DNA of 64,000 nt from a virus (lineage: Duplodnaviria > Caudoviricetes), in the IMG/VR virus record IMGVR_UViG_3300036987_000310, positions 288,001 to 352,000 of that record; one strand, 5' to 3'. The notes below the pieces were generated by a model. It did not search any database and was not told the DNA's origin. It was given only the letters and a program-made list of their open reading frames with translations. Positions 18,550 through 29,000 of this stretch are shown in pieces. Position numbers and translations under genes: made by a program. Every line of letters begins with the position of its first letter. The stretch's first letter is position 1.

Positions 18550-19326
18550 ATGTCGAACTATATTATTGTGCAGGATCCGCGTGACTTGTCTACCAGATTC
18601 AGCAACAAGGACCGTTTAGGGTGGGACGGCCAAGAGCTCGACATAGACGAGCTTATTGAACAAAATTTGGCCCCACAGATGGAGGAGGTTTTCGATAGCG
18701 GAAATGCTCCGGATTTTAGCTTGATAGAAAGATATTTGGACAGAATTCCGGACAGGGAAGCTGACCTGATCACTTTATACTATCGCGACAGAATGAAGCA
18801 AGAGCAGATAGCCAAGCTCTTTCACATAACGCAGGCAGCCGTATCTTATAGGCTCCATCGTGGCATTCGACGCATACAGTTTTTGCGAACTATTCCAGAG
18901 TTGGTCTTTGACCAATTTGAACTTGAACTTGGGCCGAAGTTCACAGATCAAGACCGTGAGATCTTATGGCGCATGTACGAAACTACATGCCAATCAGAAA
19001 TCGCAAAACAAATGAACCTGACTCAAGGAAGAGTTCGACACAGGTTCTTCAGATCTCTTGTGAAAATCAAAGAGCTCATTCATGAGGATGCCATGAAAGA
19101 GCGCATTCATCTTCAAATGCAGTTGAAGAAGAGCGGCATTGAAGAGTCCGATGAAACGCGCAAAGAAGTTGATGACGCCGTGAACGAGGCGATCAATTGT
19201 TCTAGGTATGCAAAATATTGGACCGTGTTTTTCGCCATATCAGACAAGCATTTCAACATCTTACACGAGGTCTCGCTCCCTCAGTTTATGGACCGCGGCG
19301 ACGCTCAGATCATGACCATCGAATAG
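18550..19326 (+). CDS. Transcription regulator with two sigma70 region-4-like HTH domains
   Basis: IPDREADLITLYY..MKQEQIAKLFHITQAAVSYRL and FTDQDREILW...QSEIAKQMNLTQGRVRHRF; no region 2 seen. Confidence 0.75.
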   Translation: MSNYIIVQDPRDLSTRFSNKDRLGWDGQELDIDELIEQNLAPQMEEVFDSGNAPDFSLIERYLDRIPDREADLITLYYRDRMKQEQIAKLFHITQAAVSYRLHRGIRRIQFLRTIPELVFDQFELELGPKFTDQDREILWRMYETTCQSEIAKQMNLTQGRVRHRFFRSLVKIKELIHEDAMKERIHLQMQLKKSGIEESDETRKEVDDAVNEAINCSRYAKYWTVFFAISDKHFNILHEVSLPQFMDRGDAQIMTIE

Positions 19327-19365
19327 ATGTAAAACTTGTCATGGTAAAGAAACTCGACAAACCTG

Positions 19366-19641
19366 GTGGGTTTCCAGAGTATGACATTTAAAGTAAATGT
19401 TAGTTGTCTTGAAGACATGAAAGGACATACCGCCCCTGATGAAGAATGGGCAGTGTATGAGACCCAATGGGACGAACGGAAGTGCATATGCGCAAAGCGC
19501 GGAGTTCATCGTATCGAGTCTAGCTCCCAAGCTGACGGGACATATAGACTGATCGGTTATTTGGATTTGGACACCGGGGAAGTGACCTCGGGCGGTTGCA
19601 AATGCACGTTTTGCCAAAAACGGGAGCCAAACAAAGGATAA
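19366..19641 (+). CDS. Hypothetical protein with Cys cluster
   Basis: CICAK and CKCTFC; fills the intergenic gap. Confidence 0.55.
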   Translation: MGFQSMTFKVNVSCLEDMKGHTAPDEEWAVYETQWDERKCICAKRGVHRIESSSQADGTYRLIGYLDLDTGEVTSGGCKCTFCQKREPNKG

Positions 19642-19695
19642 TCTCTCGTCTCGATACGCCGAGACCGTAGCTCTTTATTCAGAGAGCTACGAACA

Positions 19696-20592
19696 ATGGA
19701 TGCTTTCCCAATTGGCGGCGGGTTCTCGTTCAGCTTGGACTCGATAGGCGGCGTTTGGAAGTGGACGGTGTCCACTTCCAACCTCCAAGGTCCCGGCCAG
19801 CTCTATCAAGTTCAAGACATTCTGACTCCATACGGACCCATGAACGTGATCGTGTCCCCGCTTCCAGGGGATGTGGTGCAAGCCATGGCGCAGTCCATTG
19901 TGAGCGTTCAGGGTCAGCTGAAGCCTTCCATGTCTTTGATTTCTTCCTCGGTCTTCACCCTTGGAATAACGGAAGGGGACCCGGGAGCCAACATTGGGAT
20001 TGTTCAAATAAGAAATGACGGGGGTTTCGGCTCGTATTTGTCTGCCAACGCCACTCCAGACGTTCCATGGTTGTCCGTTTTGACGCCAGAAATCCAGGGA
20101 ATCGCCAAGGGAGGCACTGCTTCATTCAGCATAACTCTTGTTCCTGACAGCATGCTGGCTTCACAGTCTCCTTATGTTGGACACGTCAGAATTCAAGATG
20201 TGAACGATTCGTCGTCTTTCATCACGGCGACTGTGAACGTCATCGTCATTCCGCGTCCGGCCATTAGCGTCAGCACGCAAAACGTTTCGTTTACCTGGTC
20301 GTACCTGACTCCTGCTTCCTCCGCTCAATACGTTGTTGTCACAAATTCCGGTCCTGGAACATCAAATCTTGAGTTTTCTACTTTAAAGGTTTCGAGCGCT
20401 GCGTGGCTCTCCATATCTCCAGCATCTGCGGGCCCTCTTGCTGCCGGGGAGTCTGAAAATCTTATTTTGTCTATTGTGTCTTCGTCTGTTCCAACCGTTG
20501 TTGGAACATACTCGGAGACAGTTAGAGTAACGTCTGCGAATGCTTCAAACTCTCCGGTCGATGTGCTCGTGACTTTGACAGTAACCCCCTAA
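19696..20592 (+). CDS. Ig-like/BACON repeat structural protein
   Basis: Two beta-sandwich repeats with VPWLSV and AAWLSISP, ending V.VTLTV. Confidence 0.7.
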   Translation: MDAFPIGGGFSFSLDSIGGVWKWTVSTSNLQGPGQLYQVQDILTPYGPMNVIVSPLPGDVVQAMAQSIVSVQGQLKPSMSLISSSVFTLGITEGDPGANIGIVQIRNDGGFGSYLSANATPDVPWLSVLTPEIQGIAKGGTASFSITLVPDSMLASQSPYVGHVRIQDVNDSSSFITATVNVIVIPRPAISVSTQNVSFTWSYLTPASSAQYVVVTNSGPGTSNLEFSTLKVSSAAWLSISPASAGPLAAGESENLILSIVSSSVPTVVGTYSETVRVTSANASNSPVDVLVTLTVTP

Positions 20593-20713
20593 TGAAAGTG
20601 ATTTTTGCTCGGTAGAGACTCTTCATGAGCTCTGCTGAACCATTCAAATTCACGATCTAATGCCACACACATTGAATAGACTTGTTGTCAGACCCGTTAT
20701 GTCGAGGTAGCTC

Positions 20714-20971
20714 ATGAGTATTCTGAAAATCGAAGACATTAGATTTTCGTCAAGTTCTATCGATGAGTTCTTTTCTGATTTGCCGGTGCTGAAGACTGCC
20801 TCCGGAAAAGTTCGGATATCTGGACTGAACCGTCTTGCCGGGTTCGAGATGTTGTCTGACGATAAGCTTGTGAGAGTTTCTCAAAAGGATTTTTGGCGTC
20901 TAGGGCAAGACGACGAGGGGTATTTCATCGAGAGACTTGTAAACGACGATGACGGGCCAGTTAAAGGGTGA
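20714..20971 (+). CDS. Hypothetical protein (head region)
   Basis: GAGG SD; contains KTAS. Confidence 0.7.
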   Translation: MSILKIEDIRFSSSSIDEFFSDLPVLKTASGKVRISGLNRLAGFEMLSDDKLVRVSQKDFWRLGQDDEGYFIERLVNDDDGPVKG

Positions 20972-21048
20972 AAAACAAATAAACATGTCATAATGAAGAG
21001 TGGGCGCGTGGGGGCTGAACTCGTCGCTTAAACTCATTATGACACGTC

Positions 21049-22188
21049 GTGTTCATGGCTGATTTTGAAGCTGTAGCACGAAGAGTGGCGTCGATCGGAA
21101 AGGTCCGCACTGCCGGCAAAATCGAATTCGTCAAGGACCAAGGTCCCGTTAGACGCGATGTCCGCGTCAAAGGGTACAAATGGTCATCCGATGCTCTTCG
21201 TGACTTGGCAAAAATTCTATGGGCTGGACAAAGAGCACATAGCTACGCCATGGCTGCATTTCGCATCTTCTCGAAGATGCCGTCGTCAGAATTCAGTCCT
21301 GACGGACTTTTGGGTGGGAGAGGATACATCCAGTCTATTAAAGACATGCGATCTGGGTTGTCAAACGCTGTCGAAGTTCTGTCGACATTTACTGACACCA
21401 TTCACGACGAAGTGAACGCCGATCATTGGAACCCGGTCGAAAAAGAAGCCGAAATTGACGATATTGTTGCGGATGCCGGAGCTGTGAAAGAAAATCCGGA
21501 AACCTTTGTGGAGGGGCAGTTTGAGAAGGGCGGGGAAGAGGACCCGCTCGTGAATCCTATGGCTGAGAACCCTGAAGTGTCTGAAGACGAAGACCAGGAC
21601 GACCAGGACGATGAAGACCCCGGGTCTCAGCTTCCTCCCGACGTTCCAAGAACCTCGTCGGATGTTCTATACGACAGATACTCTATTGCTTTCGACAACA
21701 TGCTTCGGGCTCGAGTCGCTAGCTCCAGAATGTCAGGAGGAGCGTTAGACGAGCTTTTAGTTCCGGGCATGGAGCCGACGATAACAGATAGAGATTTGGG
21801 TGGCCCCAGAGCTTTTCCGCTTGGCCCAGCTGAGGGTGGAGAATTCGGAAATTTTGAAGATCCAGAATGCCCGTCAAATCTTGATGACACTTCCATGGAA
21901 GAGCAAGAACTTTTGCTTGACAATGGGTTGTTCCTTCCGTCGCTGCTTCAGGGCGGCGATGGAGACGATTTTCGTCTTTCCAGAACTTCTGCAAATCTTC
22001 CCGAGAGCTATTCGTGGCTCCCTGGTTCAGACAACTGCAAAAGCATGAACTGGTATGGGCTCGGGGTAACCGAAGCTGACATGGAATGGATGAAGGCTAA
22101 CTCTAAGCCAAACATGCCAATGGGAATTTTGCCAGAGACTGAAGACTCCGATTCTGAGTCTCTTTGGGATGGGATTAGGATTCGGTGA
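21049..22188 (+). CDS. Acidic hypothetical protein (probable virion/head protein)
   Basis: Long ORF in the head cluster; basic N-terminus and acidic C-terminus. Confidence 0.75.
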   Translation: MFMADFEAVARRVASIGKVRTAGKIEFVKDQGPVRRDVRVKGYKWSSDALRDLAKILWAGQRAHSYAMAAFRIFSKMPSSEFSPDGLLGGRGYIQSIKDMRSGLSNAVEVLSTFTDTIHDEVNADHWNPVEKEAEIDDIVADAGAVKENPETFVEGQFEKGGEEDPLVNPMAENPEVSEDEDQDDQDDEDPGSQLPPDVPRTSSDVLYDRYSIAFDNMLRARVASSRMSGGALDELLVPGMEPTITDRDLGGPRAFPLGPAEGGEFGNFEDPECPSNLDDTSMEEQELLLDNGLFLPSLLQGGDGDDFRLSRTSANLPESYSWLPGSDNCKSMNWYGLGVTEADMEWMKANSKPNMPMGILPETEDSDSESLWDGIRIR

Positions 22189-23165
22189 TGCCTTCTCAAT
22201 TGCCCACGACTGACACCATGGGCCGAAAGGTCAAAGACTTCGGAGTGGGCACGTATGACTCTCCTGTTCAATCAGAATATAACGCAGAAGGCGATTTTGA
22301 AACCATGGGGGAATCTCTTCCAATTAAAAGAGACCCGAGAGATGATGGGGATGAAATTATTGGGGACGCATATGCGCCAACCTCTGACATAAGCAAGACT
22401 GGTGCTGCGGAGCTTCCTGGCGATCTAGGGCGTCCGCCAAAACAACGCAAAAAGCCAGAAGACAGCGTTATTCTTGCCCCGATAGAATCCGTTGCTCAAT
22501 CTGATCTCCCAAACGATCGCAACAACCCGCCAGCTAGGTCCGATTATTATGACAGGACGAAAATAGGAGACACCATGCTCCCCGGTCCGTCAAACAACGA
22601 CCAAAGCTTGGAAAGATTTTTGGGCTCTCTTGGGAATTGGTGGTCTGGGTGGACAGAGAACGACATGGCTCAGCCAACATCATTTCCGGGAGTTGACAGT
22701 CCTCCAGAAGAAACTGACAAATACACTAGCGTTCCCATGGGAATTGCTGGACGAAAGCTGGGAAATCGCGCCATGGAAAGACAAGCCACCAATCTAGAAC
22801 TGGTTGGAACGCTGACCTCAGACTTTCTGAAGAAAAACGGAAAGAAAGGGTTGACGAGAAGGCACGTCATGGCATTTTTGCAAACAGGCGGGTATCACCA
22901 ATACCTTGCCTCCGACATCATTAGATGCCTTCAACAACGTCATAACGTTCATGTTGCAGACGTTTTGGATCAGTTTCCTGTTTCTACTAAAAAAACTGCT
23001 TCGACAAGTGAAAAAACCGCTGCTATCAGACACCTTGTCGACATCGGAAGCGCCATAGCTTCCGTAAAAACTTCTAGCCCCGTAGCGTTTGAAGTGTTGA
23101 AAAGATGCGGTAACAACATAGTTGAAAATGTTGCCGAGTTGGTGCGAGGTCTTGAAGATGACTAA
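22185..23165 (+). CDS. Hypothetical protein (acidic, low-complexity N-terminus)
   Basis: Translationally coupled on both sides. Confidence 0.75.
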   Translation: MMPSQLPTTDTMGRKVKDFGVGTYDSPVQSEYNAEGDFETMGESLPIKRDPRDDGDEIIGDAYAPTSDISKTGAAELPGDLGRPPKQRKKPEDSVILAPIESVAQSDLPNDRNNPPARSDYYDRTKIGDTMLPGPSNNDQSLERFLGSLGNWWSGWTENDMAQPTSFPGVDSPPEETDKYTSVPMGIAGRKLGNRAMERQATNLELVGTLTSDFLKKNGKKGLTRRHVMAFLQTGGYHQYLASDIIRCLQQRHNVHVADVLDQFPVSTKKTASTSEKTAAIRHLVDIGSAIASVKTSSPVAFEVLKRCGNNIVENVAELVRGLEDD

Positions 23166-25095
23166 GAAAATTGAGCTCGGACAGTCTGGCCTCGGCGATA
23201 TCTCAGATATTTTCCATAACCATGGAGTATCCGATCTGTCATGGCTCGATATCGATGCTGAAGATTACCATAAAGCCGAGGCCCTCCCGAAACAAAACCT
23301 TGACATCATACCTGAGCTTCAGAGAGCTTTAACGTTCGAAGATAGCAACGTTCCATCGCTGATTCCTCTTAGGCCGCACACTATTGTCAATACGAATCCT
23401 CTTGACCCTCCAGGAGCTCCGGCAAGAAATGTTGCTCCGGAGATCACGAACAAGGTTGCGAGACAAGTCATATCCGGGCACAACCCGCGTCACATTGGTG
23501 AGCGAATCATGCTGGAATTCGCTCCATCTCAAATCAGAGAAGCTTCTTCAAGCATTTCTGCAGTTTTGTCTGAGCGCGGTTTGCTGGGAAATGTGTATGT
23601 GGACGCCAGACATTTCCCAAGATGCGCTCAAGACGGGGATGACAAGAAGTTTGTGGCAACGAAGGCTGCTGGAGCCAAGTTCATTCTAGCAAAAGAGGAG
23701 TGCGCAGGGTGCGTTCACAACAGGGAAGGGAATTGTGCAAATTTGCACAAACGTCTTGTTGTGTCCATTTCCTACGATCGGAAAATGTTTGCGAGCTATG
23801 CTTCGAAGCTTGCACAAGAAGGGCGTTTGAACAAATCGGATCTTGACAAAGCTATTGTCGGGTCTGACGACGACAGGAAAAAAGTTCTGGCGTCTTCTTT
23901 CATGGCACCATCCCAACTCGGCAATGACTCTCATAGTCGATTGACTTTGCGGCATCAGGACAGGGAGCAAAAGCCCGTTTTCTCTGACAGGGAAATTGCG
24001 GAGCATTTGTCTCGTCCTAGGAAAGCCGTCAAAACTCTTACGAGAAGCTTTGTGGCGGCAGCCAGGCATCTCATGGCTGGAGGGTCTGCTGACGCTATTG
24101 CCGGGTCTTCAGACCCAGAAGCCAGAAAGCTTGTAGGAAGCTACGGGCTTCTGGGGCACACTTATCTGGACATGGACGCTCTTGGCGGGTGTCAAAAGAC
24201 TTTGAATTTCATTGCAAAAATGAGCGCGTCTCCAGATTTTGTTGTTCGACGTTCTGCATGTTGTGGGGAGTGCAAAGACGCTTCTGACGGAGCATGTTGC
24301 CAAGTTAGGTCTATTGCTCCCATAACAGATTCTGACGAAATCAACAGGGAGCATTTTGTCGCTGCTCTTCTAAGGGCTGTGGATCGTGGAGCAGTTACAA
24401 CTGAGACGGCAAGGCATGCGGCTGAAAAAGCTCCTGCAACGTCAAACTGGAAATCTTTGACGTCTCAAGCAAATTTGTTAAAAGCTTCGAAGACAATTTC
24501 TAGATATTCTGGAGCAAAAGTCGCGGCTCATCATGGGGCCCCGATTCCGTCAAGAGATGACGCTATTGTGTCTCATGTTGACGCTGAAGACGTTCGGAGA
24601 ACCATTTCTCATTTGATGAACTCCGGTTTTCACGGCAAGAGTCTCAAAGAAGCTATTTTGAAACGATATGCGCGATCTGACTTGAAAAAGGTTCCTCAAG
24701 TCGGAGCTAGACTTGCGCGCTATGACGGCGTTCAGGGTTTGTTTTTTATCGACCCGACAGCCTACGTCGATTATGGGCGAGGATGCGCTACTGGAGCAAA
24801 ACACTTCCGGAAGCAGGGAGCTGAAAACGTTCTTGTTGGGGACTCTTGCGTTGGATGTTCAATGCAAACAGCCCCTGGGTGGTGTTCAAAGTATTCGAAG
24901 TCACTGGTTCGAAAAATTCCTGACGCAGTCATTGTTGCAGCAGAGGACCTTCGAAAAATTACTGTTCCTGTTGACAACACCCCTGTTGAAAACCCGGTTG
25001 ATAAATATGAACTTTCTTCCAGCATAACTGTCGAACCAAACAAGAAGATTTTCATGCCGGTCGTCAACTTTGCGGACCGAAGTGTGACCAAATGA
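23158..25095 (+). CDS. Large protein with three internal Cys-rich repeats
   Basis: GLLGNVYVD..C/CAGC..C, GLLGHTYLD..C/CGEC..CC, GVQGLFFID..C/CVGC..C. Confidence 0.8.
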   Translation: MTKKIELGQSGLGDISDIFHNHGVSDLSWLDIDAEDYHKAEALPKQNLDIIPELQRALTFEDSNVPSLIPLRPHTIVNTNPLDPPGAPARNVAPEITNKVARQVISGHNPRHIGERIMLEFAPSQIREASSSISAVLSERGLLGNVYVDARHFPRCAQDGDDKKFVATKAAGAKFILAKEECAGCVHNREGNCANLHKRLVVSISYDRKMFASYASKLAQEGRLNKSDLDKAIVGSDDDRKKVLASSFMAPSQLGNDSHSRLTLRHQDREQKPVFSDREIAEHLSRPRKAVKTLTRSFVAAARHLMAGGSADAIAGSSDPEARKLVGSYGLLGHTYLDMDALGGCQKTLNFIAKMSASPDFVVRRSACCGECKDASDGACCQVRSIAPITDSDEINREHFVAALLRAVDRGAVTTETARHAAEKAPATSNWKSLTSQANLLKASKTISRYSGAKVAAHHGAPIPSRDDAIVSHVDAEDVRRTISHLMNSGFHGKSLKEAILKRYARSDLKKVPQVGARLARYDGVQGLFFIDPTAYVDYGRGCATGAKHFRKQGAENVLVGDSCVGCSMQTAPGWCSKYSKSLVRKIPDAVIVAAEDLRKITVPVDNTPVENPVDKYELSSSITVEPNKKIFMPVVNFADRSVTK

Positions 25096-25116
25096 CATAG
25101 GTACAGTTTTGTACCT

Positions 25117-25719
25117 ATGGACGATGACACAAAGCCGCCTTTTGACGACGAGGGCGCAAACAGCAAAAATGGAAACGGCCACCTCATAGTTTTTCCCGGT
25201 GGGAAGACTATGAACCCGAAGGACGTAGGAGCGGACTTCGTCGTTGGCGGGTCTGGGCAAGTCCCTACTGGAGAGCTTCTTGACCCTGCAGACGTCAAGG
25301 CGAGTTTGCGCGATCGCGTATCTTATGTAAAAAGCCAACCCCTTGTGAAAGCAATGGCCGAGGGAGCTTCTTCCGTGGCCATGGACACGCTTCTGCTGGA
25401 AATAGCAGAAGAAATATCCCACTTGAAGTGGGAGCGCAGGGAAGCGGCAAAGAGCGGAAGAAGCACGGCACAGCACACGGTTGCCAGAATAAACGGGCTT
25501 AGGGCGTTGGCTGAGACGCTAATACGTCGAAAAGAAGCAGCCATCGCCGAAAATTTAGATCTGAAGTCTCCTCGGCTACAAAAGATTTTTAAAGTATGGA
25601 TGCAGTTTTTCTATGAAGCCATGGAAAAGTCTGACGTTCCACCAGAAATCATAAATGTTGTTTTCCAGCAAATGAAGGCCGACATGATTGGATGGGAAAG
25701 GCGTATGGAGGCAGAATGA
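25117..25719 (+). CDS. Helical hypothetical protein, candidate terminase small subunit
   Basis: About 200 aa, helical, shortly upstream of TerL; the call is positional only. Confidence 0.35.
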   Translation: MDDDTKPPFDDEGANSKNGNGHLIVFPGGKTMNPKDVGADFVVGGSGQVPTGELLDPADVKASLRDRVSYVKSQPLVKAMAEGASSVAMDTLLLEIAEEISHLKWERREAAKSGRSTAQHTVARINGLRALAETLIRRKEAAIAENLDLKSPRLQKIFKVWMQFFYEAMEKSDVPPEIINVVFQQMKADMIGWERRMEAE

Positions 25720-25937
25720 TCGGGTCTATTGGCGTATCTTATGATATTGTTAAATCCCTGATCTCTGATTCGGTTTTTCAGATCCAGGCTGAAGAAGATC
25801 GCAGGATCTTTGAAGCTTTGGACGCGGCGTGTCTCCACAGCAACGATGGACTCGGGGTGTGTACTAAATGTTTTCTTCCGTTTATTTGTGGGGAATCATG
25901 TTTGATGTCCGACATTATGTACATCATGGACTCGTGA
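25716..25937 (+). CDS. Small Cys-rich hypothetical protein
   Basis: ATGA overlap with upstream gene; CLH..CTKC..C..C. Confidence 0.5.
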   Translation: MIGSIGVSYDIVKSLISDSVFQIQAEEDRRIFEALDAACLHSNDGLGVCTKCFLPFICGESCLMSDIMYIMDS

Positions 25938-26080
25938 TTCACAAGTCAATACCTGATCAAGCAGGTTGTGGCATTGTTTGTACAAACGAGAAAGTTTTTC
26001 TTGGATTTTAGGGTTAGTTTCAATCACCCGTGGTGGCAGATATCTCGTTTTTCTGGTCTCCGAAATCGTGAAATGTTGAC

Positions 26081-29000
26081 ATGCCTAGCACAGAAAAGAA
26101 GCAAAAGAGCGAACTTGTTAGCGTCATAGACAGCTTCTTGGACGAGAAGCAGGCTGGAAAAGATGAAAACAAGGTTGAGTTTCTATCAATAATAGATTTC
26201 ATCGAAAGGTTCAAGCTTCTTCCAGATGGTCTTTTTCCGGTTCAAAAATTCATTCTGAAGTTATACTATAACATACCGCTGGACGACAAAGAAAAAACAA
26301 TTAAAATAACTGACAGGTTCAACGTCAAAGTTCTTTACGAGTTCACTGAAGTAGAATATCTGGAATTCCTTCATGACCAGGGAAGATGCAATATAAAAGC
26401 TCAGGACTCACATGTTAGACATGAACTGATTCTGGTTTTGGGGCGCAGGTCTGGTAAGTCCACTCTTAGCGCCATCATATCCGCATACGAGCTGTACAAG
26501 CTTTTGCGTCGAGTGTGTCCTCAGGCGTTTTACGGCATACCAGTTAATAGCGAAATCCGAGTCCTTTGCATAGCAAACGACAAAGAGCAAGCGTCCATTG
26601 TTTACGGGGACATGGCTGGGTATGTTGATAATGTGGACTATTTCAAATCGTCCATGACAAATCAGACTCAGACGTTCATGAGGTTTCAGACCGATCAGGA
26701 CAGGAAAAAATATGGTAAAAACGGCAGGTCAACCATTGCGGCCACTTTCAAAAGTTCAATAGCTAAAGGTCTTCGTGGACGCGGAATTATATGTTATGTT
26801 CTTGACGAAATAGCATTTTTTGTGGACGATGGTAAATGTGTGAAGTTGTCTAGTCTGGTGCGGACATCAGATGGTTTGCGCACCTTCGATGAAATCTTGG
26901 ACACCAATAACGTGGACAGGTCCAAGACCGGATGGACTAGTATTCGTCCTATCGAGGTACTTCAGGAGTTAGGACACACAGCTGTCGCCACCCGAGTCTA
27001 TTACGGTGGTAGGCAGATGGTCAGAAGCGTTGTTACCAAGTCGCGCTATAATATAGATCCGACGCCTCAGCACAGACTGAAGGTGATGTCGGCTAGCGGC
27101 AATATCGAATGGAAGTATGTGAGAGATATCCAGGTAGGCGACTACGTTGGTATCAATCGATCTGCGCGAATTTGGCCTGGTAGATACGTATGCTGTTCGG
27201 AAGTTCATCGGGCCAAGAATGTGAGGTGTACGCAAGTAGCTAGGATTCCTGAGTTCTTGGATGATAAACTTGGCGAGTTCTTGGGGGTGCTAGTCGGAGA
27301 CGGTACTTGGTGTTCTGGGGAAGATGACAACCTTGTGCAAGTCACTGGTGGGTGCGAGCAGTTTCTGCCGTTTGTACAGGAGCACTTTGCTAGATATTTT
27401 GACACTTTTCGAATCCACCATAAACCACCACATGAGCATAACACTTGCGAAGTGTCTCCGTGGTCGGTTACCAAGTGCTCGCAGCCGTTCAGGACCTTTT
27501 TGGACAGTCTGGGCTATCGCTTCGATGTGACCAAAAGCACAAAGTCCGTGCCATGGGTCATCTTCCAGAGCCCGAAATCGGTTGTGGCGGCATTTCTTAG
27601 AGGATTGTTTGAGACTGATGGTGGGTGTGAGCAGGGCGGCAGAACTGTCACGTTAGCGTCCGCCAGCGAGCAGTTGATGCGTGAGGTGCAGCTGCTTCTG
27701 CTGGATTTTGGCATCACTGCTAGTCGATATAGCAAATGGAATCGCAAATATCAGCGAACATACCACTACGTTCGCCTGATCGGGTATGAATCGCGCAAGA
27801 TATTCGCGCGCGAGATCGGGTTCATAACTCCAAGGAAGCAGGCTGAATTGGCCATGGGGGTGCAGTCTGGCCGTGACGCGTCCAATATAATCCCCAATCA
27901 GACAGAGCGTCTGCGGAGGATCCTGCTGTCGGTGCCGAAAGCGACGACGCTGAGCCGAGGAAATGATGCCAGAACGCGCATGATACGGCTTTGTTCCAGT
28001 TCTGCCAATCCGAAGCGGCGCAGCTCCATATCGTATGGCTTGGCTCGTCGCTTTGTGGACCTCGGTCGTAAGCTTGGGGCCGACATGAAGGCCTTGGCGG
28101 AACTCGATCACATCTGCCGCACGAATTATTACTGGGACAAGGTTGTCTCCGTGTCTGATAACGAAGCAGATGTTGCAGACTTACTGGTCCCGGATGGGCA
28201 TGAATACGTCGCCCAGGGCATGACGAACCACAACTCGTCGGCGGAACAAATATATAGAGCCATCAATCCATCCATAGCTCAGTTTTCTCCAAAAGATCCG
28301 AAGAACAAACACAAAGCGGTTGGTCCGTCTGATGGGCGAGCTATCATGATCTCGTCCCCAGACGCTAGAGATGGGTTCTTCTATAGACATTATCAGTTAT
28401 CTCTTAGCGGAGGGCCTGCTTCAAAAAACATACTTATGATTCAGGCCCCCACTTGGGAAGTAAACCCCACTCTCGACAAAAGTTATTATGAAGTCGAGTT
28501 CAGCAAAGATCCGAAGTCGTTTACCACAGAGCATGGCGCGGAATTTTCTGACCGCGTTCGCGGATGGATAGAGGACTCGAACGACTTGCTGGAATGTGTG
28601 AACCCTGAGCTAAAACCGATCATAAGGGGAGGCCCTCGAGAGCTTTTCTGGGCTGGAGTGGACTTCGGAATCGTAAGAGACGGAACTGCAATAGCACTTG
28701 TTCACTTTGTGAACGGAAAAATTGAACTGGCATACCACGAAGTTTGGTATGCTGGAAAAAATTGGAACGAGTCAAATCCACACCTGACTGTTCCGCTCAC
28801 TGAGTATGCAAGAACGTTAAAGAGCGTTTCGCGTCTTGACATGTCTGAAATTTCTGAGTGGTTTCGCGTCTTGTCGACAAGATTCTATATTGAAAAGGGG
28901 ATTTTTGATCAGTGGGCTGGTCCAATTTTTGAACAAGAACTGCACAAACGCGGGCTGAAGCAGTTTGAAATGAAAAACTTTTCTGTATCCGATTCGTCCC

